This document shows, in pieces, positions 42,214 through 52,901 of a stretch of DNA of 64,000 bases. The notes beneath the pieces are model-generated. The model worked only from the letters and a program-made list of their open reading frames with translations. It was not told where the DNA came from and did no database searches. The DNA comes from Candidatus Heimdallarchaeota archaeon (lineage in GTDB: Archaea; Asgardarchaeota; Heimdallarchaeia; Hodarchaeales; Hodarchaeaceae). The translations under genes were made by a program, and so were the position numbers. How positions within the stretch are numbered: the stretch's first letter is position 1; each line of letters opens with the position of its first letter. The stretch is from positions 147,210-211,209 of the forward strand of contig RDOB01000005.1 in the NCBI GenBank assembly GCA_011364965.1, read 5' to 3'.

Positions 42214-43254
42214 TTGAAATGTAAGTTCATTGTGGTCATTGGAAGTATTAGTTGTATAATAGTTCTACTAGTAGGAGTAATTTTATTGTTTTCCCCTCAG
42301 ATACCCTTCGGATTAGCTGTGGGGTATGATGTTGCAGTTCAAGGGGATTATGCATATGTTTCGGACAATGAGGGGGTGAATATTTTCAATATTAACAATC
42401 CGAACAATCCTATACGAATTAAGGAGGTTCGAAGTCCAGATGGAGCATTTGGAATTTGCATTGAGGGCAATTACCTCTTTATTGCAAGTGATTCTGATGG
42501 ATTTGAAATTGTTAATATATCAAATCCCGAGAATCCAACTGTTCTAGGAACATATAATGATGGCGGATCAATATACGATGTGGACGTGAATGGAGGTGTA
42601 GCATATACACTTGATCTTCAACTGGGACTAGAAATTCTCAATATCACATATCCCGAGCAAATCACAAAAATCGGAACCTATTCAGATGGTGGGGAGTACA
42701 CAAGCGTCCTAGTAAGGCAGAATATTGGGTATATAGCAAATCCACAGGTCGGATTAAAAGTATTCAATTTTACAGATCCAACCTCACCTTCTAAGCTTCA
42801 AACTGTCTCAAATACTAGGGGAGTACGAGACTTATGTATCTATGAGAGTCTACTGTTCCTTGGATGTCATGCCAATGGAGTAAAAATTTACAACATTTCC
42901 AATCCAATTTCTCCCCAACCTCTTGGATCATTTATTAAATCAGGTGGAGAGGTTTACGGAACCACTGGAAATCATACTCATCTTTATGTTGCAGACCTAC
43001 TACTAGGTACATATGTACTAAATATCACAGATCCAACTCAACCAGTTGAACTAATTTACAATGAAAATGCTGCTCCTCATGCAATTACTTACGATGGGGA
43101 ATACCTTTACCTCGCAGACCAAGATAGACAACTTATCATCCTGAATTCCCGATTAGATGCACAATTCTCAGGCTATCTTATCCCAGGATTTTCCTATCTG
43201 ATAGCAATAGTGGGATTACTACCAATAATTATCTATAAGAGACCAAGGAACTAA
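42214..43254 (+). CDS. LVIVD-repeat surface protein with PGF-CTERM-like tail
   Basis: Repeated YAYV.D..G..I.NI.NP..P units; IPGFSY-TM-KRPRN. Confidence 0.88.
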   Translation: MKCKFIVVIGSISCIIVLLVGVILLFSPQIPFGLAVGYDVAVQGDYAYVSDNEGVNIFNINNPNNPIRIKEVRSPDGAFGICIEGNYLFIASDSDGFEIVNISNPENPTVLGTYNDGGSIYDVDVNGGVAYTLDLQLGLEILNITYPEQITKIGTYSDGGEYTSVLVRQNIGYIANPQVGLKVFNFTDPTSPSKLQTVSNTRGVRDLCIYESLLFLGCHANGVKIYNISNPISPQPLGSFIKSGGEVYGTTGNHTHLYVADLLLGTYVLNITDPTQPVELIYNENAAPHAITYDGEYLYLADQDRQLIILNSRLDAQFSGYLIPGFSYLIAIVGLLPIIIYKRPRN

Positions 43255-43439
43255 TCAATCCTCTTGCTCCATCCAAAGATTTTAGGGGAATAAATGTAGA
43301 AATTTGGGGAAAAAAAGTAATATTATTTAACCACTATTCAATATAGTAAAAAAGATGTAGAACACATCTCATATTATGAACTATTGATAATAAATATTGA
43401 AATTCCTGACTAAACTGGCCATCAGAAAATAAATATAGA

Positions 43440-43475
43440 CTAGATCTTGGATGTGGGTCTGGAAAACAATTATGA
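43440..43475 (+). pseudogene. Relic of a SAM methyltransferase motif I
   Basis: CTAGATCTTGGATGTGGGTCTGGAAAA encodes LDLGCGSGK, flanked by stops. Confidence 0.4.
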
Positions 43476-43536
43476 TTTTTCTTTATATGGGTTGAAATAT
43501 GGATAAAAAGATGAACTCAAATCTCTAGGTGGTTAA

Positions 43537-43845
43537 GTGAGTAGCGAAACGTGGATCATTTCCGTTTGGAGACATACAAGTAGAACAGGACGGATAATGC
43601 TTATTTTTGGACTCTTCAGCTTCTTAATTGTCTTATTTGGAGTATTTCTAATCTTTGTAGGAATCTTGGGACTACTTACAATTGCTGGGAAACTTAACAC
43701 AAGTAGTAACGATATCTTCAATATCTTGTTCTCAGGGTTGGGAGCGTGCATAGTTGGTGCATTCCTCATGATTATTTATTCCATTGGAATGAAGTTCCTC
43801 CCTCCACTTGTAATTCCTGAACCTGAAGCGAAAAAAGATAACTAG
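43537..43845 (+). CDS. Small 2-TM membrane protein
   Basis: Two hydrophobic helices; AGGTGG upstream. Confidence 0.55.
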   Translation: MSSETWIISVWRHTSRTGRIMLIFGLFSFLIVLFGVFLIFVGILGLLTIAGKLNTSSNDIFNILFSGLGACIVGAFLMIIYSIGMKFLPPLVIPEPEAKKDN

Positions 43846-44183
43846 TCACGAAATGAATCCAAAGTATTTTTGGCTTGAGGAGATTGTAATTGATTCCATA
43901 AAGCTTCTAATTTATCGTTACAAGGATAATCTCCACAATCTGCACATGTATTGTAGCCTTTGATGGACGCACAATTCCGCACAGAACACTGAGAACAATG
44001 GAAAAATGTATTCTCAGTAGCATGACACCCGTTACAATTTATTTGCTCGGGTTGAACAGTGAATCCACCTCCAGACCATCGCTTAGCTGTCTCTTCCCGT
44101 AAAGATTGGTCATCTGTTTTCTGCGCAATATACGCAGGACATGTTTTACAATTTAAACCACAATAAGCAATTCCTACACTCAT
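43842..44183 (-). CDS. DUF3795-like Cys-rich protein
   Basis: YCGLNCKTCP, CNGC, C..C..RNC, CADC..YPC. Confidence 0.88.
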   Translation of the reverse strand: MSVGIAYCGLNCKTCPAYIAQKTDDQSLREETAKRWSGGGFTVQPEQINCNGCHATENTFFHCSQCSVRNCASIKGYNTCADCGDYPCNDKLEALWNQLQSPQAKNTLDSFRD

Positions 44184-44335
44184 GAAGAAATCTCTCCTGA
44201 ATACTAGGAAATTATTCGCTTCCTATATATAATTTTTAATTAGAGCAATGAATTATTCTAAAAATTTACTAGGAATTTACAGGAAAGACTATTCTTAAGG
44301 GAAAAAATATACCCCCAAAATGGAGACATTTTTCA

Positions 44336-44818
44336 ATGAAGATAATTATTGTATATGATTCAGTTTATGGCAATACTGAACGAATTGCTCAAGCTATAGG
44401 TACAGCATTAACGAGCGAATATGATGTTAAAGTAGCCAGAGCAGCTAATATAACAATAGATCAGTTAACAGCTGTGAACATATTATTTGTTGGTTCCCCT
44501 ACTCACGGAGGAAGGTTCACTAAAGAAATTCAAGACTTTCTAAACGATATTTCGAAGCTCCCCCCTACGGATATTAAAATAGCAACGTTTGACACTAGAA
44601 CCTCATCAAAAGGTATTGCTAGGAGGATAGAAAAGTTGTTTGGACATGCTGCAATTAGGATAGCTAAAGCTGTAAAAACTCAGGGGAAAATCCTTATAGG
44701 AGAGCCAGAAGGATTTATTGTTAAAGGAACGAAAGGCCCATTAAGAGATGGGGAGTTAGAGCGTGCAGAATCTTGGGGAAAGAAAATAATCCAGTTATCA
44801 GACCAAACAAATATTTAG
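44336..44818 (+). CDS. Flavodoxin
   Basis: YDSVYGNTERIA, GSPTHGG, FDTR, GPL..GELERA. Confidence 0.9.
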   Translation: MKIIIVYDSVYGNTERIAQAIGTALTSEYDVKVARAANITIDQLTAVNILFVGSPTHGGRFTKEIQDFLNDISKLPPTDIKIATFDTRTSSKGIARRIEKLFGHAAIRIAKAVKTQGKILIGEPEGFIVKGTKGPLRDGELERAESWGKKIIQLSDQTNI

Positions 44819-44916
44819 TCAAAATTCGTCACAATTATATTATAGTGTTATCTTAAACTCCTTTTTCAACCCCTTTCAAGCGAAGGGAAATCTTATCCCA
44901 AGATAAATTGTCCAAA

Positions 44917-45531
44917 TCATAACTTTTCTTTGTACATGTTGTAAGCTAGCAGGAAAAGATATGCTAAGATCAAAATGAACGTTAACCACTCAAAGATTGT
45001 CGCAATGGGCCTGTAAGCTCGAAGCAAGTACAAATAGGTGACACAGCAGACGAAATCCACGAGAGCAATAATGGACAACCGATTCCAATATGATGGATGG
45101 GTTCGTAACCCAATAATGGCCAGAAGAATAACCAGTTCGATACAAATGAAGTTCATTAAGCTCCAGAAGTTATGTTCAGTAGAAGAGAGATCAGTTGGAA
45201 AAATCGCAATCATGACCATAGCGAAGCTATTGAACAAGCCAAGGACTTGAATGGCTACTATATACTTTTTAACGGAGAATTGTGCCTCATACCATTTTTT
45301 CATATCAAGAACAAAGGGAATTAAAGCGATCGCAATTAAAATGAGGCAGATGCTAAAGAGAAACCAGCCATTCGGATTTTTCGTTGTATTTCCTAAGGCT
45401 GAAACTGTGTGTTGAAAAGGTGAATAACCAGGATATAACAACGCTGCAGGAATTAATAAACCATAATAGAAAATATTCGCTAAGGCTGTAGAGATTAAGT
45501 AAAATGGGAGTCTTTTTCGAGTATTAATCAT
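44917..45531 (-). CDS. DUF998-like membrane protein
   Basis: YPGYSPF..TVSALG, FPTD...H, FEW. Confidence 0.7.
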   Translation of the reverse strand: MINTRKRLPFYLISTALANIFYYGLLIPAALLYPGYSPFQHTVSALGNTTKNPNGWFLFSICLILIAIALIPFVLDMKKWYEAQFSVKKYIVAIQVLGLFNSFAMVMIAIFPTDLSSTEHNFWSLMNFICIELVILLAIIGLRTHPSYWNRLSIIALVDFVCCVTYLYLLRAYRPIATIFEWLTFILILAYLFLLAYNMYKEKL

Positions 45532-45892
45532 TGAAGTACCCAGTCGTGAAAAGATATTATTATTGATTGATTTTAACCTAACTACCTAGTTCAAGAATCA
45601 GCAAGGAACCTAAATAGCGCTAGATACGGAATTATTAATTAGATTCAAAATCATTCTTCTTCTTTAGAAAGACAGATTATATCAGAGAAAGGGCCTTATA
45701 ATAACTCTTCCCTTTTCTACAAAATAAACACTCTTTTTTGTGGAGGAGAGGGAGTATTTAGAGAGAATTATTTATTGAAAAGCGTGTGTGCTAGCTGAAT
45801 TGGCTAAACGTATCGAATATTGATCAGATTACAACAAACCATTAGGAGTGACACGCTCATATCATCGCGTGTCCTATAATTTATGGAATGGG

Positions 45893-47014
45893 TTAGATTT
45901 CTGTAAATCCCTTTACAGTGTCAGAATCAAGCCTTTTTATGACCTCAATAAGTAATGAAACTGCTTTTTCGACATCTCCAAGATCTAAAATACCATTATG
46001 GCTATGAATATGTCGAGTGGGGATTCCAAGAACAAGAGATGGACAACCCGAGCCAGTTAAATGAATTCGACCCGCATCTGTTCCGCCGCCCATGACAACA
46101 CTATCTTGATAATCGATATTACATTCTTTGGCAATGTCGATAACAAAATGCCGTAATCTAGGATTAGGGATCATAGAAGCATCTCCCGCCAAAATTGATA
46201 CCCCTTTCGACATTTCTGACGGAGCTTTCAACTTTGGTACATCAGGTACATCTCCCGAAATATCAACTTCAAGAGCAAAACCAATTTCTGGCTGGATCAT
46301 TTGAGCAGAAGTTTGAGCCCCTCGGAGGCCAATTTCCTCTTGAACAGTGGCTACAGCATATAATTGATTGGGATGGTCAATATTTTCTTCTTTAATTAAT
46401 CTTAAAACTTCCGCTGCAATAAATAGGCCAATACGATCATCAAAAGCTTTGCCAATCAGAAGATTCACATCTTTCCTCTGCTCCATTCCATTCTTTTTAT
46501 CAATCTGAGTTCTTTTAAGCATTTCAAATTTGGAATCAGGAATGATGGGGTCTCCAATCTGAATACCGAGTTCTTTTACTTCTTTATCACTCTTACATCC
46601 GACATCTATAAACATTTTATCTTTAGTAAGAACTTTCTTCCGTTCCTCGGGGTCCAATACATGGGGAGGTGGGGCAGCAATAATTCCACGATGTAAATCT
46701 CCTTTTTGAGTCTTTATAATCACTCGTTGGGTTAAAAGAGATTGATCCCACCACCCCCCTATTTGGTGAAAACTAATATAACCTTTCTCATTTATTCCAA
46801 CCACGATAAACCCTATCTCATCAACATGACCAGCAAGCATAATTTTAGGCCCCTTATCACCAATTTTAAAAATTAAGGAGCCAGTTTTATCGTTAAAAAC
46901 CTCATCTGAAAAAAGTTTGACATAATCCTTGACAAGACGAGTCACTTCAAGTTCATGACCTGATGGACCAAATGCGTTACTCATTTGTTCTAAAAACTCA
47001 AGATTTAGATTCAT
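45893..47014 (-). CDS. M42 (TET) aminopeptidase
   Basis: GPSGHE, AGHVDEIG, KAFDDR, QEEIGLRGA, GGTDAG, RHIHS. Confidence 0.95.
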   Translation of the reverse strand: MNLNLEFLEQMSNAFGPSGHELEVTRLVKDYVKLFSDEVFNDKTGSLIFKIGDKGPKIMLAGHVDEIGFIVVGINEKGYISFHQIGGWWDQSLLTQRVIIKTQKGDLHRGIIAAPPPHVLDPEERKKVLTKDKMFIDVGCKSDKEVKELGIQIGDPIIPDSKFEMLKRTQIDKKNGMEQRKDVNLLIGKAFDDRIGLFIAAEVLRLIKEENIDHPNQLYAVATVQEEIGLRGAQTSAQMIQPEIGFALEVDISGDVPDVPKLKAPSEMSKGVSILAGDASMIPNPRLRHFVIDIAKECNIDYQDSVVMGGGTDAGRIHLTGSGCPSLVLGIPTRHIHSHNGILDLGDVEKAVSLLIEVIKRLDSDTVKGFTEI

Positions 47015-47266
47015 ATTATCTCCTCAGCAAAAATCCAGATTTTTTTTAAAAAACAGCTTTATAATAGATTAGAATTCTGATTTGGAATGAATTCTATGCC
47101 TAATCTAAATATTTTGTGTGAAAATCCGATAAATATCTAATTGCGTTAGAACACCAATTCTAAGATTATCTAAGACTGGCAATCTAGCACCAAGGAATTT
47201 AACAGACAACTAATGTTCCCAAAAAACAGAACAAAACAGTGGAATCATATACGAGTGAAATTGCTA

Positions 47267-47863
47267 TTACTTGGATGAAATCACCTGTTTTGCTAACTCT
47301 AAGATAATTTGAGCTAATTGTTCTTTCTCAGTGGAAACATGGTAATATGGCATTTGATACTTTTCTGCAAGTGTTTTCGCTTCCTCCAAATTAATGGGAA
47401 TTTTCTTAGGGGATATTGACTTTCTTAATAACCTCCTAATTTTCTCGATCATTTGCCTTAAATAATTCAATCCCGCCTTGTTAGGTTCTTCAATCCCTAT
47501 TAGTGCAGTTGGGGGGATTGGAGATTCAGGGAATTGATGTTCAAATTCTTTGTAATAATCAGAAATCGCGTTGAAGGAGTTTCTATCTATCAAATCAAAT
47601 ACAAAAAGGACTATAGATGCACCCCGATAATAACTGGATCGTGTTTTTCCGAAAAATTCTTGTCCCACCGTATCAACAAGAATGAGCTTTACTAAATTAT
47701 TTGTAATTTGAATTTTTTTGGTAGTAACATCCACTCCTAAAGTTGGCAGATAATTGGTCGAAAATTTACCTTCCGCATATTCCCTGATTAGTTGTGTCTT
47801 ATATTTTGAGGTTCCAACAAAACAGATTTTCAACAAATATTCTTCTTGCGCTATACGAATCAC
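47267..47863 (-). CDS. Rab-like small GTPase with degenerate G1 and G4
   Basis: YLPTLGVD, DTVGQE and YYRGA present; P-loop reads GTSKYKT; NKxD replaced by IGIEE. Confidence 0.85.
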   Translation of the reverse strand: MIRIAQEEYLLKICFVGTSKYKTQLIREYAEGKFSTNYLPTLGVDVTTKKIQITNNLVKLILVDTVGQEFFGKTRSSYYRGASIVLFVFDLIDRNSFNAISDYYKEFEHQFPESPIPPTALIGIEEPNKAGLNYLRQMIEKIRRLLRKSISPKKIPINLEEAKTLAEKYQMPYYHVSTEKEQLAQIILELAKQVISSK

Positions 47864-47950
47864 TTCCTCTTGTGAATATGTATTTACTACCTTTAAAGAT
47901 TAACTAATGATAGACCTATAATTAAGATTTTACCTCTTCTGAGCCTAAAA

Positions 47951-48649
47951 TCAGATGTAATAATCAACAGGTAGTTTTATAGCACATTTAGGACAATAAA
48001 TAGATCCAAAAAAAACTTGATTATCACAAGAGGGGCAGAAGAGCTTCTTACTTTGAATCTGTCCCCCACTCATAGCAGGGGGACCCGAGGGATGTGGAAA
48101 GGTGAAAATAAAAGGATAGGGGCCGTACTCATCTGGTTGATCTCGATTTAAAGCTTCTATCCTAAGAAGGAACAACTTCTCAAACTCGAGGTGATTGAGA
48201 GTACGAGCATAGTCTGCTGCTTTCTCATAATAAAACAATCCATCCATGGGGAAAAGAGTTTGAGCTTTAAGATCACCCAAAAACCCGTACACTATCATCA
48301 GCCCATGAAGGTCATTCAGCTGTTCAAATAATTTCAAGGCGTTTCTAAGGTGAGATTCTGCCTGGTCAAGCTTCAATTGAACGAGAAGCACTCTTGAGAT
48401 ATAGATTTGAATCACTGCTAGAAAATGAGAATCATTCTTGACCTTTGCAATGGTATAGGCACGATCATAGGCCGTTAATGCAATAGGGTATTGCTTCAAC
48501 TGAAAGTGGCATTCTCCTAAATTACAATGGATAATAACAATAACTCGCCAGTTATTTTCCTTCTCTGCAGCCAGTAAAGCTTTCTCAAACTGGGTAATTG
48601 CGTGTTCATAAAAACCTGAGTTATACAAGAAGATGCCTTCAGCAATCAC
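47951..48649 (-). CDS. TPR protein with C-terminal Zn-ribbon
   Basis: NLGECHF..KQY..AL..Y..A-type repeats; CPSC...CPKC. Confidence 0.8.
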   Translation of the reverse strand: MIAEGIFLYNSGFYEHAITQFEKALLAAEKENNWRVIVIIHCNLGECHFQLKQYPIALTAYDRAYTIAKVKNDSHFLAVIQIYISRVLLVQLKLDQAESHLRNALKLFEQLNDLHGLMIVYGFLGDLKAQTLFPMDGLFYYEKAADYARTLNHLEFEKLFLLRIEALNRDQPDEYGPYPFIFTFPHPSGPPAMSGGQIQSKKLFCPSCDNQVFFGSIYCPKCAIKLPVDYYI

Positions 48650-48790
48650 ATCTGTTTCGGGTTCAGATATAGGAAAACCTCCGATTTTAGTCGCTAAATA
48701 TTTCTAGTTTTGGGTACAAAAATCCTCCTCTCTTTCTCATTAATAGGATATCATTTCATCGGAAAAAGTTTCCTCTTTGATGAATTCTAT

Positions 48791-49315
48791 TTGAACAAAT
48801 TAAGATCTTCCAAACAAAAATATGATAAAGCAAATGAAAACTTACAAGGGAGACTTATTCTAGGAATCTGGTTGGATGTTACAGGAATTGTTCTCTTAAC
48901 TTTCTTAATAATGAATGGCTTTCAAGAGTTTGTACCATTCTGAATAATTCTCTTAATGATCTATTCAACCTCCTTTTGGAACCATTTCTTCTTGACAGGG
49001 AAACCAACTGATGTGCCCTACTTCCAACTGCTGAGTATGAAGAAAACGTTGGATAATCACGTTAAGGAAAGATATTTCATGTTTGATCCTGTCCTAATCT
49101 TCATAAGTGTGATCTTAGTAGCACTTTGGTTAATTTTCGTAGATAGGTTCCTTCATCCTGCGATTCTAGGTCAAGAACTTGTTTTAGTGGGAGGATTAAC
49201 CTTGATTGCGATTATCATCCTCGCGAACGGATTATTCTTCATGTACTTCTATAACTGGCCTTACATCAAGAAATTGTCTGCGACAGCAGACGGTTCCAAT
49301 GGAATTTCCTTTTGA
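48791..49315 (+). pseudogene. Membrane protein split by one in-frame TGA
   Basis: ...FQEFVPF*IILLMIYSTSFW... (TGA 48941-48943); the two listed ORFs are in the same frame; start uncertain. Confidence 0.6.
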
Positions 49316-49472
49316 TAAATGTGATGTGAAGGTTATAAAGCGATGGAAAAATTGACAAACAGAAAAAATATTGTTGTTAGCTCAATTTTTAGTGCAAAAT
49401 ACGTGTGAGAAATTAAAATTCACATTCCAAGGAATTCAAATAATTGTAATAATAAATGGGAGACAAAATTAA

Positions 49473-50423
49473 ATGAAAATAATATATCAGCATTACTCAC
49501 CTGATCGTGGCTTAGAAAATCAACAAGCAGATGTTTATATGAAAGCGTCAGGGCTACCTGCGGATGCTGAGGAGATTAAAAGGCGTTTTAAAGGAGAGAA
49601 AAGAGATCCTCAAAGTGCCCGATATGCACTAACCGAAGAGGGACAGCTCCTAGCATATGTTCAGGTAAGTAAATGGGTAGCAAGACCCGGGACATACATC
49701 ATTAGTTATCCCTGGGCTGTTCCCGAATGCCCGCCAGAGGTAAAAGAACAAATTTTTGATGAATTACTTGCATGGCTAGTGAATACAGTTCAACCCCAAG
49801 TGATTACTGGGGAAGTTGTGTATAATACTCCAACCACCGATGATAGGACTGCATTTTTTTTAAGGAAAGGATTCATCGAACAAGAATATCTCTTTGAAGA
49901 CAGTATTGTGGCTAAACTGGAAGATGTAGCCAATTGGGAGATATCTGAACATCTAACCTCATATACATGTAGAACAGGAACCGCTGCTGATTTGAACCAA
50001 ATCCTTGAAGTCCTTCATGCAGACAATTATATGCGTGATGTCTTCCCTAGCGTGGAAGAGGCTACATACTATATAGAAGAAACATTTCTGAAGGATCCTC
50101 ATAATAAATTAATATTTAAAAACAATCAGCTAGTCTCAATGGGACTTCCATATCGCAAGAAAATAACACGGGGAAAAATGAAGGGAAAAGAAGTAATAGG
50201 GTTCAGATCAGCAACACGGTCGGAATACCTAGAGGCATGGAGGTACCTGCTTATAGAAATTGCTAGGGAAGGTTTAGATAAGGGTTGGAATGAGCTTCCT
50301 CTACAAATAACTTCATTATTTTTCAGCTATTCAATCAACGCTATTCATCTTGCCCAAATGCAAGGGGGGTTGGAATTGATGGCTGTGCTTTATTCTTACC
50401 CTCTTGATCAAATATTAAAATAA
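49473..50423 (+). CDS. Hypothetical protein, probable tandem GNAT-like fold
   Basis: YAL...GQLLAYV, YPW, FFLRKGF, RTGTAADL..I patterns. Confidence 0.55.
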   Translation: MKIIYQHYSPDRGLENQQADVYMKASGLPADAEEIKRRFKGEKRDPQSARYALTEEGQLLAYVQVSKWVARPGTYIISYPWAVPECPPEVKEQIFDELLAWLVNTVQPQVITGEVVYNTPTTDDRTAFFLRKGFIEQEYLFEDSIVAKLEDVANWEISEHLTSYTCRTGTAADLNQILEVLHADNYMRDVFPSVEEATYYIEETFLKDPHNKLIFKNNQLVSMGLPYRKKITRGKMKGKEVIGFRSATRSEYLEAWRYLLIEIAREGLDKGWNELPLQITSLFFSYSINAIHLAQMQGGLELMAVLYSYPLDQILK

Positions 50424-50799
50424 ATAGAATTAACTAAAGAGATGTTAATTTTCAGCTGTTCTTTTTTGAGATTTCCTCAATACAGTCACCTAATGAAGAT
50501 AAAAAATCAATCTATTAAAAGCAATTATTTATTGAAAAATTTACAGAACAGTTGAAATGATTAACCAGCATACCGTATTGTGGAATTGTTAAATATGATA
50601 GTGGAATAGATATTGAAGAAATTTATCCCTGGGCTGTGTTTGAGCTGTAATGTTATCCTTACCATTTATTTGTCAAATAGGTCCTATTATTGTATTTAAA
50701 TTCTACAAATCTAGGCTAGAAAATCCCACGAAAATCCGAAGAATTGAATTACCAACTAGTCCCAGAAAGAATGACTTATGGTTTTTCCTCTACTTCTTT

Positions 50800-52010
50800 C
50801 TATTCCCAAACAGGTGTAGTTGCATCAGAATGACAGATTGGACATCGGATATGTTCCTTAGGCATTTCTTTTGAGGATAAAATGACTTTAAATGTATGGA
50901 AGCAGTTCCCGCACACAATTTTGAGAGTAACTTTTCCGTATCGTCCGTGAATCGGTTCTCCAGTAGATTGGTCACCCTCAGGAACAGTAGGAACGGGATA
51001 ATCGAAGAGAGCTCCTCTTGAAGAGAATAGAAGTTGTAGCTGATAATCCAGCTCTCGATATACAGGTTGGACTCGATTCTGGAGACTGATGGATATATCC
51101 AAATTTTCAAACCGAAGTACTAAGCAAAATGCAAGAAAAATAAGGCCAAGGAGTAAGAGAAATATCTCAAATCCGATCATCGACACCAAGGTCAAGGGAA
51201 AAGGAAGAAGAAGAAATATTGCAGTAGTAACGCTTGATAGGATTGAAAATTCAAGGAAAATCATAAATTTTTTTGATTCAGAATTATTTTTCAACTTTTT
51301 ATATGCCTCAAGCGCTCCTTCACTCACGAGAATTAAAACAGATATCCAATACCCGAAATAAAAGAAAAAACTGACTATATCAACCAGATTTGTAAGGAGA
51401 TTGAATGGTAGAAGGAGAAGAACAGCTTCAAATATATGTACGAATTCCTGAGCGAAATCCAAAGCGATTCTTTGTTGAAAAGAACAACCTTCTACCAGCC
51501 TCTGGGCTTGAAATGCAAGAAACGATTGAAAGCTGATCACCAAGACCAAATTAATCCAAGCTAGCTCAAAGATTTTCAACCAGGTGGCCGCTCCTAAGGA
51601 AAAGCTCGAAGATTTGTGATAAAAGATCACCAGAAAAATGGAGGAATTCAGAATAAAGAAAAGCTCAAATAAGCACAGGCAAGAAAAGTCTATACTTCCT
51701 GCGAAGATCGCTCGGAGGAGTTTCAGATCAGAGTTTACCCCCTCTAATTTTCTTGAAAATGATTTCCACTGGATTAATATGAGGAGGAGACTCAAACCTG
51801 CAATAGAAGACAATTCAAAAGCATAATTAAAAAAAAAGTAAAGAAAGTCCAGTTAGAACTAAGAGAAGTCCGAATTAGGTTAAACAACCAAAAAGACTGT
51901 TCACCTGATATTGAGGTGAGGTATGGTTCAGCTAGCTCCATCCCTACCACAACTAGATAGAGAAAGATAACTAATGAAACCCAAATTTTTAGATAGCTCT
52001 TGATTTTCAT
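50800..52010 (-). CDS. Multi-TM protein with C-terminal Zn-ribbon, split by a -1 frameshift at a T9 tract
   Basis: ORFs 52010-51792 and 51813-50800 join if one T is added at 51837-51829; CGNC...CPIC. Confidence 0.65.
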
Positions 52011-52185
52011 TAGCCAATCCAGCAGGTCGGTTTACCTAAACGAGAAGGTCATTATGATTTCATGTTATATTAAGTCTTTATACAAGTTTCTTCAATATAG
52101 GCTGATAGAAGTCATGATTGAAAGTTTTTTTAACTGATCACCTTTCTTTTTAGACATACTTTCCAAGCTGATAGAGGGTATTCTT

Positions 52186-52647
52186 TTGGACAATAATGAT
52201 CTTCAAAAATATCTTGAAGAAATAAATGCTGATGCGAGAATTTTAACGATGAGTGGACGTGTTCACTCTGTAATGGAAGCTTCAAAGGAACTAGGAAAAC
52301 CACCTAGCCATTTCATTAAATCAGTTGTTTTTACTAATCCAGATGAGAAGTTAATTCTTGCTATTGTTAAAGGAACAGATCGAGCGAGTTCAAAAAGGAT
52401 TACCAAAGCTCTTGATATCGAATCTCTAAGAGTTGCGTCACCTGAAGAAGCTTTGAGCCTTACTGGGTATGAGGTGGGGGGGATGCCCCCCATTTCAATC
52501 TCAAATGCTCTTGTGCTTATTGATCCTAATGTGATGGAAATGGACATAGTCGTTGGAGGAGGAGGGACTGATCATCATCTCCTTGAAATAGCTCCTGATG
52601 AAATTCTTAAACTTACCAATGCCAAAATTACTAGAATTCGAAAATAG
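52186..52647 (+). CDS. YbaK/EbsC aminoacyl-tRNA deacylase family
   Basis: IKSVVF, TGYEVGGMPP, GGG. Confidence 0.9.
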   Translation: MDNNDLQKYLEEINADARILTMSGRVHSVMEASKELGKPPSHFIKSVVFTNPDEKLILAIVKGTDRASSKRITKALDIESLRVASPEEALSLTGYEVGGMPPISISNALVLIDPNVMEMDIVVGGGGTDHHLLEIAPDEILKLTNAKITRIRK

Positions 52648-52901
52648 TTTGGAAAATCGAAGATCTTTTAAACTGGACCTTAGGACAACTTTATTGAATC
52701 AAGAGAAGAAAGCTTTTTTGAATATATAAAAGAAAAAAGGAATAATGAGTCGAGAGAAGTAGATAAGCGAGCCTCTCTTAAAGCTGGATAATCCAACGTA
52801 ATAATCATACTCTCTCTTTCAAAGCAAGTGCAAATAAAAAAGCAAATCAAACTTCGTTACGTGATAAAAATTTTGTAGCTAAAGGTTGTGTGGTACGCTG
52901 A

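Noticed and set aside
45843-45878. Hairpin GACACGC...GCGTGTC as an ncRNA or attC site
   Set aside because: It is only a 7-bp stem downstream of the M42 gene; too little to call more than a possible terminator-like structure.
49706-50637. 15-nt direct repeat TTATCCCTGGGCTGT as a target-site duplication or att site
   Set aside because: One copy is inside an intact CDS and no mobile-element genes lie between the copies; likely chance or a paralogue relic.
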